A stretch of DNA of 64,000 bases, taken from Caecitellus pseudoparvulus. Taxonomy: Eukaryota; Protista; Bigyra: Bicosoecida. Location of the stretch: contig CBFFRQ010000066.1 of assembly GCA_965644315.1 (NCBI GenBank), positions 186,001 to 250,000 on the forward strand, given 5' to 3'. This document shows positions 1-10,900 of this stretch, piece by piece. Under the pieces are notes generated by a model. It ran no database searches and had not been told where the DNA came from. It saw only the letters and a program-made list of their open reading frames with translations. Made by a program: the position numbers and the translations under genes. Position 1 is the first letter of the stretch. Each line of letters opens with the position of its first letter.

Positions 1-340
1 GGACGGGGATGCTCCAGGTGACTGCAAGCAGCAGTAGCATGCCCTGCTGTTTGTGTGGATTGATGCAATGTACTCTGCCTGCTGCGTGTAATGGCGTCCC
101 CTGCCGGCACAGTCAAACCCCGCGTGCTGCCAATTCACAGAGTGTGTGGGAAGGAAGTGAAACGCCAGCCTCTGGGAGCCTCGTGCTTGGCTCCGCCCGG
201 TGACAACAAGGACTTCCCACCTTGCCCTCCACTGCTATTTTGCGTTCAGAGGGCGCCAAGCCGTGGGCTGCCTGGTGTGCCGAGCTCTCCTGCCAACAGG
301 CGACGCCAGAAGCCAGCACCTTTTCCACACACCTCACACG

Positions 341-1877
341 ATGAAACGCACACTGTTTGCGGCCGCTATTGCCTTGGCACTTTGCTGGACGCATGTGCAT
401 AGTGCCGAGGCATCCCCAAAGAAGGCTGCAAAGAAGCTGCTGGGAGCTGGAGATCGCCTGCTCCGCTCCAAGCAGTACAAGCAGGTGAGCGTGGACACAC
501 GTGTCTGCTGCGGACCAGCTGGCGTGCAACGGCCTCGGCACAAGGATACAAGCCACCCCGCAGGCGATTGCCGAGTACACGAAAGCCATAGAGCTTGACC
601 CCACAGCCCGGACTTTCTATCAACGTGCGAAGGCATACCAGAAGCTTCAGCAGCCGTCCCACGCTGTAGCTGACTTGACAGCTTCCATCGCTGCTGACGG
701 GAAGTTCCTCACAGCACGCCTGCAGCGCGCCAACATAAACTTGGAGGATGGCGCATGTGGCGATGCCGCACAAGACTATGCTGCTGTTCTGCGTTTGGAC
801 CCGAAGAAGCGTGACGCGGTCACCCGCCTGCCGCTCGCGCAACGCTGCCAAGCTGCCCAGGCCCGCGCAGAAGCAGCCATGCGCAGCAACGACTGGCACA
901 GCGCCCGCAGCGCGCTGGATGAAGCAATGGGGGATGGCATGGCGACACGCAGCGACCGCCTTGCCCGCATGAAGGCTGAGTGCGACCTCATGCTGGGGGA
1001 CTTCGAGCAGGCGCTGGCAGCAACAGGGCGCATCCTGAAGCACAACAAGAACGACCTGGATGCCTTCCATATCCGGGCCCTGGCTTTCTACTTGTCCGGT
1101 GAACATGCCCATGCCAAGACGCATTGCCAGCAAGCGCTGAAAGTTGACCCGGAGCATGCCCGGCTCAAGTCCCTGTATCACCGCATCAAGAAGGTGGTGA
1201 AGCTCCAAGACGCAGTTGCTGACGCCCGCGCGAGTGGGGATGCAAGTGCCGTCGTTGCCGCGCTGGAAGTCCTCGAAAGTGCCGATAGCAGGCACTCCAA
1301 GCTCCGACATGAGACGGCCATGGAGCTTGCAGAGGCCTACATCTCTGCAGGGGATGCCGATGCAGCTGTGCTGGCTGCTCGCCGTGCGTTAGCATTCAAT
1401 GATGGCCTCGCCAAGGCGCACGCTGTAATGGGCAAGGCGCTCGCGGCTCAGCAAAAGTGGGAAGACAGCGTCCGGGAGTGGCAGCGGGCTGTCCAGCTGG
1501 AGAACAACAACCAAGCATGGCGAGAAGGCCTCGCAAAGGCAGAGACTGCGCTGAAGCAGAGCAAGTCCAAGAACTACTACAAAGTGCTTGGCATTGCAAG
1601 GAACGCCAACGCGCGTGAAATCAAACGCGCGTATCGCAAACTGGCGCTTGAATACCACCCTGACAAGGTTGCTGAGGGAGACCGAGAAGAGGCCGAGACA
1701 AAGTTCCAGGAAATCGCCGAGGCATATGAGGTCCTCTCTGACGATGAGCTCCGTGCCAAGTACGATCGGGGTGAGGACGTGTCCAGCCAAGGCCAGCAGC
1801 AGCAGCAGCAGCGGGGGTTTCCACAGCACATGTTTCGGGCAGGAGGAGGGCGCACTTTCTCATTCCGCTTCGGGTGA
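341..1877 (+). CDS. DNAJC3: DnaJ homolog subfamily C member 3 (P58IPK), ER-luminal TPR + J-domain co-chaperone; exons 341-484, 564-1877; 485 aa
   Basis: Signal peptide [22 protein letters not shown] phase-0 intron (GTGAGC...CCGCAG, 485-563) joins it in frame to multiple TPR repeats and a C-terminal J domain (NYYKVLG...[12 protein letters not shown]...[13 protein letters not shown]) with a G/F-rich end. Confidence 0.93.
1794..1811 (+). repeat. (CAG)6 polyglutamine microsatellite in the DNAJC3 C-terminus
   Basis: cagcagcagcagcagcag encoding QQQQQQ. Confidence 0.9.
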
Positions 1878-2000
1878 CAATTCACACGCACACTCTCAGC
1901 CCGCCTCCCTTGCACGTCAGACCATGCCTTGGCAGCGCGCCGCCGCCCTGCACAACCACGAGCGACCCCGCCAACACAATTCCGCAAGACACTCGCAGAC

Positions 2001-2123
2001 ATGTCTGACGACGCTGACAAGCAACTGAGCAGTTTCGTGGGCACCTTGGGCCTCATTGTCTTTGGCCTTTTGGTTGTTTACCATGTCGTGACAGCCTCCC
2101 CAGCTGACGCGAAGGAGGATTGA
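2001..2123 (+). CDS. OST4: Oligosaccharyltransferase subunit 4, 40-aa single-pass micro-protein
   Basis: MSDDADKQLSSFVGTLGLIVFGLLVVYHVVTASPADAKED follows the OST4 pattern D-x-QL-x-x-F...LG...F-x-L-x-V-x-YH; the size and single TM helix fit. Confidence 0.85.
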   Translation: MSDDADKQLSSFVGTLGLIVFGLLVVYHVVTASPADAKED

Positions 2124-2331
2124 TGCTGAATCGTACACGTGTGGCTGGCTGGCGCATGCAGCACCCTGCGCCAGCCTTGACGTGGCTCTGTGTGCCTTGC
2201 CTGCTGTAGCAAGAAGGCTTTGCCAGTCGTCCGCAAGCTTGCTTGCTGCAGGCTGGGGACTTGCCTGGCACACTTCCAATGCATTCCGACGCACGCTAGG
2301 GAACCGTCTGACCACGAAGGCTACAGAGAAC

Positions 2332-4727
2332 CTACCCTTGAAGCAAAGCAGCCACCCTTGCTGCCTCCAGCAGCATTCGATTGGCTTCAGCCTTATCACC
2401 AAGCTGGCGAACCACCCATCCGTTGAGGGAAGGGAGCTCCAACGCTTTGCCTGCTTGGGCGTCAGCCAGCATGGAGGAGATGTTTGCAGCTGTGGCCTGA
2501 ACTGTGTCCCAACCCCCCACAGCGCGAAAGGCGCCTTCCGGCGAGGAGAGAAGCCCATCTGGTCCTATAAGGTGCGCATCCGTTAGTGGCCCGAGGACTC
2601 CACTCTGAGCAACTGCTTGGAATGCCTCCCACGCCGCCTGATCCAGCAACTCATGCACTGGGGCAGGGACATCGGTAACCGCACCATTCTTCGCTCCCAG
2701 GATCACTGTCAGAGGGTTCAGAGCGCAGTTCACGGCAAACTTCTTTGCCAGTGCAAGCTGGATGGTGCCTGGCTCTAAGCTGCCCTGGCTGCGATCCAAC
2801 AGCTGGGCTCTCCCCAGTGCTGCAATAAACGCACCCCACGCAGGGTGCTCTCTGCGGCTGAGCATGCCACCCCACATACGGCCGTAGCCTGCGTGCACGA
2901 CCCCCAGCTCTCCCCCTTGCAGCTGAACCCGATAGGCCCCGTGCGTTGTGCACAACGCACCTACGGGTCCGCCCTCTCCAGACCATGCTCGCATGAGCTC
3001 CAGGTGTTCCACTCCATTCTGCAGCGACACTAGGAGTGGGGCATCCGCTGAAGGTTTGCTTCGTAAGCCTTCCCAGAGCTCTGATAGGGCAGCGTGGGTG
3101 TAAGCACCCTTCACTGCGAGAAGGAGAACGTCAGCAGAGCGCACAGCGCCCAAGCTGCTGACCTGAACACTGGCACCGACCGACAGAGAACGCTGGGCAG
3201 GCAGCAATCGAGACACACGCAGTCTTCCATGCTGCAAGATGCAATCTCGACTGACATCTTGCACAGGGCACAGTGTGACGCGGGCATGAGGTGCAAGTGA
3301 CGTTGCCCACAGGCGACCCATTGCGCCGGCACCGATGACAGCGACGCGGAGACCTTCATGGGGCTTCGCAGCACTGCTGTTGTCAACTGACACCTCCATC
3401 GGCTTCCGCTCAAAGCCGTCGGGGGGTGGGGGCACGTGGACCCTGGCCCAAGCGGCAGCCCCGTGCACCTCACTCTCCTTCGCGGCATCGGCAAGCTCAC
3501 GAGCCTTACGGGAGATTGTGCTAACGTCTGCGCGCTTCTCCAACGCCTTTCCTAGATTGGCAATCGCTGTTGGTGCCATGCGGGAGGAGTGGGCTGGGCT
3601 AGGGAACGTGCCCCCTCGAACTGCCTCGCGGAATGCAGCGAGGCCAGCGGATAGCTCCTCAGCTCCCGCCGCAAACTGCTGGACAAAGCGTGGTGGGGTG
3701 GACGGATTAAGCCCGAGTGCGTCGTGCCACACCAGCACTTGTCCGTCCGTGCCAGCCCCAGCGCCGATTCCGATGGTGGGAATGCGCAAGCTCTGTGAAA
3801 TGAGGGTTGCCAGCTCTCGTGGGACCATTTCCAGCACAATGGCAAACGCCCCTGCCTCTTGCACCGCAAGAGCATCGTTCAGGAGCTGGCAGGCTGCAGC
3901 GGATGAGCGGCCTTGCACCTTCATGCCCCCCATGCTAGACGCAACTTGTGGCAGCAAGCCGATGTGGCCCATCACAGGCAGGCCTTGCTGCACGAGCGAT
4001 CGAATCGTGTTCGCCTGGCTGCAGCCACCCTCTAGCTTCACTGCAGTGCAGCCGCCCTCCTGCACCAGCCGCACAGCTGTGTCCAAGGCGCGCTCTGGGG
4101 TCCTGTAAGAGCCAAACGGCATGTCGGCGACCACCAGGGGCCGCCGTGTCGCATGTGGGTGGGACGCAGCGGCAGTGACAGCCTTGCAGTGGTGGACGAC
4201 ATCATCCACTGTCACCTTCACAGTGGAAGATTGCCCCAGCATGACTTGTCCCAGACTGTCGCCAACCAAGAGAACGTCCATGGCGGCGCCCGCCGCCCCA
4301 ACGCCATGTGCAATGCACGAGGAAGGAAAGTCGTAAGCCGTGACCATGCAGATCTTTCGAGAGTCGTTCTTCATTGCCACAAGATCAGGGGGGAGCAGTT
4401 GTGTGGGCCCTTTGCCGCCACTCCTTGCTTCCGACAGGTACGAAGCAGGCTTGCTGGGAGCCACACAAATGGCTGCCGATGCTGAAGATGCGGGGAGGTT
4501 CCATGGTAGCCAAAGAGACGCAGTGGTCTTGCTACGGGAGCGCTGCAAAGCACCATAAACAGTCCGGCCTGTGAATATCAGCGCAGTGAAGAGCATCAGT
4601 GCAGGGTGGCAAATGCGGCTCCTGTGGCAAATGCGGCAGCAAATGCTCCGGGTGTGTGCGGAAATTGACCTGCTCAGCCACCACGCCCACGACAAACAAC
4701 GGCAGCGTACTCACATCGACGCATCAT
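2332..4727 (-). CDS. panB-panE: Bifunctional ketopantoate hydroxymethyltransferase / ketopantoate reductase (PanB-PanE fusion) with putative mitochondrial presequence; exons 4727-4715, 4568-2332; 749 aa
   Basis: PanB motifs MVTAYD, LLVGDSLG, VVADMPFGSY, AVKLEGG, MGHIGLLPQ, IPTIGIGAG, DGQVLVWHD are followed in the same frame by PanE motifs VAVIGAGAMG, LLLAVK, LQNG, KFAVNCALNPLT, SSM, E-x-x-x-LNG. A phase-1 intron (GTGAGT...TTCACAG, 4714-4569) gives the Arg/Ser-rich start MMRRCRTVYGALQRSRSK. Confidence 0.92.
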
Positions 4728-4907
4728 CGTGAGGAGGGGGAGATTGTAGCTTTGCAGTTGCAAGATGCAGATATTTACAGCTGTGTTTCTGGCATATTCT
4801 CTTTCAGGGTGATTAGAAATATGGTGACAATTGTATTCGTGTACAATATACTGCTTGACACTGGTGCATGCAGACTACGACGTCCCCAAGTCTGCGTAGT
4901 CTGAGGT

Positions 4908-7900
4908 TTACTTGTCGGTGTTGTTGCTGTCCACAGTCATGCCAACAACGTGCAGCTGTCCTCTCAGAGGTGCACTGCCAAGCGGGCGATCAACAGTTGC
5001 TGGAGGTAGCGAGTGGTCCTCCCTCACCCTGGGTCGGGAAAGTGTGGGCCTGCCACCCTGCGTTCGCCCAGAAACTCCCGCTCCCAGGCCCGCCCGCCGG
5101 ACAGCTGCATCGGCACGGTGCCGGGGCATGCCTTCTTGACGTTGCACAAGACTAGGACCTGCCTCCGAGCCCTGAACAGCTTCTTGAGCATCTCCAGTGC
5201 TCGCAGGGGCGAGGGCACGAATTGATGAAGCGCTTCCACGTCGTACATCTGCGCTCCGAGGCCGCCGCAGCACGGCACCGGCGGCAGCTGGAGGTGTGTA
5301 CGATGGCCACTTTCGGGGCCTCGGGGCATTAGGCCCCACACGCAAGTATCTGTCGCCTTCGGGCGGCTGAGGCACCTCGTACTGGCCCACCCCCCGGCCG
5401 ACACGGTCCAAGGTATCGTCAGTCACATCGCTAAGGGCAGGCGTTGCTTGGCGACTGGCACGGGCGAGCTGCAAGCCTGCTTCGATCGCCACTTTTGCGC
5501 CATGGCCAGCTCTACTTTGCCTGTTGGGTGCTGATGCAGGGCGCAGCATGCGATTCCGGTGCAGTTGCGCGGGGGATGGCCGGGAAGCTGCGCGCAAACC
5601 CCCCGCAGCCCCTCGACCAACCTCTGCGGAGCGCGCAGCTCTATGTGACACCCCGATGGCTTTTGACGAGTGCACTGCGATGGCATCTGGCGCCGCGCCC
5701 TGTCCGAGGAACTGCTCGTACACCTGGGGATCAATCCGCGGAGCATGGGATGCATCAGCATTGTCAGAGAGACTAAATGGCGCCAGGCGTACCGCCGCTG
5801 GGCTGCCTGCCCTCCTAGCCAAGTCCCTGAGTCCCAGCGTTTCATCAGGCTCAACAGATTCAACGTGTTCTGGCTGTCTCGTGACGAAGTCCACCACGCC
5901 GGACGTTGGCACGGACTTGCCTGTAACTTCCCAGGGACCCTGACAAAGCTCAGCACTAAGCCTACTACTCTGCTCGTCACATGCACATTCCTCAGGAGAC
6001 CCAGGAGGTGATCTTGGGGCAGCGTCACCACTGTGCAGCGCACCGACTCCAGCTTGTTCACCATGGGTGACCTCGAAGAAGGATCGATGTGTCTGCTCAA
6101 GGATGGCTGGCGAAGTTTTTCTGGGTGTGGTTGGACGGCTTGGGGAGTGCGAAGGAATGCGAGCTGTCGCACTCCGCCTGCGAGCCGATCCACGCTGCTT
6201 ATTGCGTCCAGCCACGGCTCTAGCGGCATCCTTCAACGAAGTTTGGCGCCGCGGACTGAGCCAAGTACCCTCAGAGCGCTCATCTGCAGAGGGAGATGCT
6301 GCACGGCTAACTGGTGAGGAATCCCTGGCCACAGATGCAGTCTGCACAAGCGTGTCGGATGTGACACTTCGACTCGCGTCCCAGCCCCCCCTCGCGAGTG
6401 AGGCAGACGCAGATTCTGCTGAGGAAGGTCGAGCACGAGTCGCCGCTGGGGACCTTTTTGGAGTTGAGCGAGCAGGCGCTTTGTTTGACTCAGCAGCTGA
6501 AATGTCCCGGCTCTGACTAGCACCTGCACTGCGCACTGTGAAGGCGGAGGTCAACGTGTATCCCAGTGCCAATGGGTGCTGGGGGGCTGTCAAGTTGAAA
6601 GCTCTGGCAACGCACAGCAGGTCGTAAAGGGTGACCATGCAAGGAGACAGGGTTGGCACGATTCTTATGGGTACCCGAGCCGCGTTCGTAGCTTCTTCGG
6701 GGCTGGCAGTAGGGGAGTCAGTCTGGCCCATACTCGGGCCTGGCGCCTGCTTCAGCAACCCAAGATCAACGAGGCTGTCTTTGGATGGTGACCACACCAT
6801 GCAGGGGTGATCAGATGCTCTGCACAGTGGCAACACCGGGAGTAGAGGAAGCCACGGAGCAGAGCGTGGAGGTGTCTGCATGCCCCCGAAACCTGGCTCC
6901 GGCGAGCCCCCACCTTGTCTCAGCCATGTAGACGCAGCTCCAGGGGTGATTGGGCTACCCTGTGCTTGGGTCGGAGGCGCTGCTTGCATGCTACTTTGTC
7001 TTGCGCAGGCGAGTCGCGCTTCGAGGCGCGCAGAGCACAAGTCAAAGAGCCGAATAGCACACAGCTGCAGCACCGCTGACTTTGTCCCTTCCACAGCTTT
7101 CAGTTGAAGGCTTGTTGCTAGGTGTGCGGTGATGTGCTCATGGTCTTGCGGGTCTGCTCCTGCGCTTGAACGGTGTCCAGTACTCATCCCTGCTTGAGTG
7201 TCCCCGGCGTGCGACGCACTCTTGGCTTGTGAGCCCAGAGCTCGGTCAGGGGGGGGATGCACGTCAGCGTGCCCCGGAACGCGCCACCTCTCATTAGCTC
7301 CCACTCGAGGCTTTGACTCCGCTGCCGCTTCAGCCAGCGCATGCACAGGCAAGTCACAGTCGTGCTCAGCGCCACCGCTGACAAGCTCAGCCAACACGCT
7401 TGTAGCGGCCGGAAAGGGTAGTTGCACTGAAGATGTCGTTTGTTCAGAGACGTCAGCTAGCAGGGTTGCGAGCTGGCTCAAGTGAATCGCTCCGAGAACA
7501 CCGTGCGCCAGCACGTCCCTCGAGCCCGGAGCATGCACAGCGTGAGAATCTGCAAGGGCAAAAGCCGCCGCCCAATTTGCTTCGATTTGCGCCACGGCTG
7601 AAAGGTGGGCTCGGCAGACAAGAGCGGTGACAACGTCGAAGTCCACAACCAGCATACCCCCGCTCGCGTGGACTTCACGGAACGCATTCGTGAACGCAAG
7701 AAACGAAATCTGGGAATGGGGAGTCACTGTGCTGACCATGCTCCGGAGGATGCGCTTGGTCTCTTGGCTGGATAATCGCATGCAGTTCTCTGCCATGAAA
7801 CTTGTAAGCTGTCGGACGCTGATGCTGCCTGCCCCTTGGCCATCAATACTCTGGAAGGTGCTGCGTAGGCTACCAAGGCCCAGCTTGGCCAAGGAGGCAA

Positions 7901-10900
7901 CGAACTTTTCCTTTGCTAAGAGTTCTCGCTTTTGGCGGATTGTAAGCCGGCTCCGCGCCGCTTTGGGTGGCAGCTGTTCTGCTGCGTTGGCTGCGCCGCT
8001 GCCCTCGCTGACCACATGGGCGTCATTCCAGCTTGTGTGCGGATCGGCAGCCATGCTGGGCAACATTGCATGTGCGAGCAGGTCGTCTGACAGGTGGTCC
8101 CAAAGCGAGTATGTCCTTGAACTGGTGGTCACACCTCCACTTCCACCTTGACTCGAGAAAGGGCTGTGGCGAGTGGAAGGCAAGTGCCCCACGCCTTGCA
8201 TGAATGGGCGCAGTGTATCGAAGAGTGGAGACAGCGGGGCCCATTCCCTGCGCATGTGAGACATGTTGCGCACAGAGAATCCAGTCATCGTCCAACGCGC
8301 TGCTGCTAGTGCCTCCGGGGCAATTGCACTCGTGCGAGCTGGTACAGGCACTTCGAGCGCTTGGTGCAAGCGCTCGAGTGCATCTTCATGGCCCAGGGAG
8401 CCATTATCCTGTCCTTGCAAGGTTCCTGATGGTGCGGAAGCGCCCGGGGTGCCTGCTTCGGGGTCACATTCCAGCCCTACAAGGGCTTTAATGGAGTCGG
8501 ACACGACTTCAGCGACTGTGATGCATGCGACGCGCTCCCCACCCGGTTCTTCAGCAGACCCTCGAGCGTTACTTGCAGCTTGGTCGTGGTGAGTTCCATC
8601 GGCAGGAATGGCAGGCCTCTGCAAGCCACGGGGCTTGTACTTGTCAGGGCTGTTCGGTTCAGACGCAAGCACTAAGCTTGCGTCCTTGCGGTGGGGCGGC
8701 TGAGCAGAGGCTGGCCGCTTGCGTTCCACAAGTGGGGCAGTTCCTATCTGCGCACTTTCTACACTGTCTCGAGCATGAACTCGGGGCCCTCCTTCAAGCT
8801 GACCCTTGGCACTAGAAGGTCTACGAGCAGTCTCCACAGGCTGAACGCCGTGCGGGACATCCACTGGCTCGCTCTCTACAACATGATCTTGGTGGGTGGA
8901 CTGTGAGGTTGACTCCACACACTCGCCATGCTGAGCGAAATGCAAGTCACCCTTAGCTACACGGACAGCGGCAGGGGAGCCTGACAACTTTCTCTCTTTG
9001 GGATCAGGAACGCAAGAAGCCAGTGCAGCCTGTGCATGGCAAGGCACACGTACTGCAAACGGCGCCACTAGCCTGGTGGGCTCGATTGGCAGGGCGCCCT
9101 GGCGGCTCCCAAGAGAGGCCCTTCCACGCACTTGGTGCCTGTCAGGGAGTTCAAAACGCTTAATGGAGCTGGGCGGCCTTTCCACGCCTCGGGTTCGCGG
9201 CGAACCATCTCCTGAGGGATGACCACTGGCATTGTGCAAGCCCCTCCCCCGGAGCACGCCCTCATACCTTCGTGAGAGGGACTTGAGAGCCGAGCGCAGG
9301 CGTAGGACCAGCTTTGGCAAATACTCAGGCATGGGGAGGTCTGCCAAGTCCCCAGCACCCCCACCTGGGCGAAGCGTTCGTGTAGTGCGGCTTGGGTAGT
9401 CGGCTGGGACCGGAAGCCCAACGAACCTCATATCCTGCATGAGGCTTGCGCTATCTGACTCCTGCTCTTCCGTGGAGTGAATGTGCAGGCGAGCAGTGGC
9501 TGCAAACGTGGCCGCTTGTGTGGAGTAACGGTGGGGAACACCTGCTGCGCCTCGGATCGGGGGAGGCGCGTCGGCTGATGCATCCCGCGCAGCCGCCGCA
9601 ATCGCGGACAGGTGCGCTGAATACGACATGAGCGAGTGCTGCGCCCTGTGCCCGGGAACAGGCGCACTTTGGCGCTTTGGGGAGCCCAATTGATCAAGGT
9701 CAGCATCTGGGGGTGGCAGGCACTTGAGTAGGTCATGGTCCCACAGCATACCTCGCTGCAGAGTGGTCGCGTAGGAGGCGGGGTGCCACATTTCTTTGCT
9801 GGACGGGTGCAGCATGCTGTGCTCACGAGAAGTGGGGCCACCAGCAGGCCTGGCTCGGGGAGTAGGTGTGCTGCCAAGGGCACAGTCTTGCTTTCCCGCA
9901 CCGAATGGGACGGCAGTGTGCAAGCCAAACACACGGAAGACAAACCACAGCCAGGGGTGCATGCGGGCCACCGGGGAGCATGCAAATGCATGCATGGAGT
10001 ACAAGAAGGCAAGGGTTCGCTTTGGAGCCAGGTTACCTCCCCGTTTCCCGGTGCCGAAGCTGTGCTTGAAGTAGGTGTGCACTTGCTCCCAAATGTCTAA
10101 CCTTGGTGAGCCTTCCTCATCTTTCGCGGCATCGGAGGTCTCCTGAGCTCGAAAAATTGCCATGCAGGTGTCAATCAAGTTTGTGAGAGGCATTGTTTGC
10201 CTCGACTGGGCTGCCAAGCGCATGGAGGGTGTCGTGGTGAAGTGCACAAAGCGCCACAGCCAGGTACCCGGGCCATGTGCCGCATGGGAGCCAAGCAGAA
10301 GAGGCACAGGCAGGAGGGGGGGGACCGCGTAGAGAATGAAGGTGGCGCGGACACTTGGTTGATGTGAAAGAGACAGGGGTGGGGGGCGCGACTGGTCGGG
10401 TGGTGTTCGCGCTGCTGCGCCGCTAGGACGCCGAGCGCGCCGCCTTGCCTTCAGCTCGGCGATTTCTTCCTGGTACTGCACTGCAAGGGAAGTTCGAAAA
10501 TGGCCTTCCAGGGACATATCCAAAGGAAAGCTGTCATCAGTTTGGCAGCCCTGTGACAGGAACACTCGTTGGGCCGCTGCTTGTGCCTTTTCCATCCATC
10601 CCTCCGTCATGGTGCTGATCCTCCTCAGCATCTTGTCCATACCACTCAGGGCGCTGACCTGTGCGGCGCTCGATCCCTGCAAGCCCTTCAACGTGCCCTG
10701 CAGCTCCTCCATGCGCCTTGCCACGGGGGCGCCGTTCCGGGCAGACCAAGACGTCTTGCCTTCGTGGTAGCTTCCCAGTCTGGAACGCAAGTCAGCAATG
10801 GCCCTGCTCGCCAGCTCCGTCTGGACTTCGCTTTCTTGTTCCAAAGTGACAATGTGCTGCCGCAGCCGACGCACGAGCGGGGCCGCAATGCCGCCAACCT

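Noticed and set aside
1-40. Possible divergent gene start on the minus strand (MLLLLAVTWSIPV...)
   Set aside because: Only 13 codons are visible at the window edge, which is insufficient.
366-1310. Long antisense and alternative-frame ORFs (this one, 58533-59480, 42613-43605 and many others)
   Set aside because: They are expected shadows of real CDSs at high GC and contain no domains.
4606-4646. Short direct repeat GTGGCAAATGCGGC x2 in the panB-panE intron
   Set aside because: A small local duplication with no terminal repeats or target-site duplication; no evidence of an element.
2332-4727. Bacterial contaminant or prokaryotic panBE operon
   Set aside because: It is a single fused frame with a spliceosomal intron and a targeting leader, flanked by eukaryote-specific genes.
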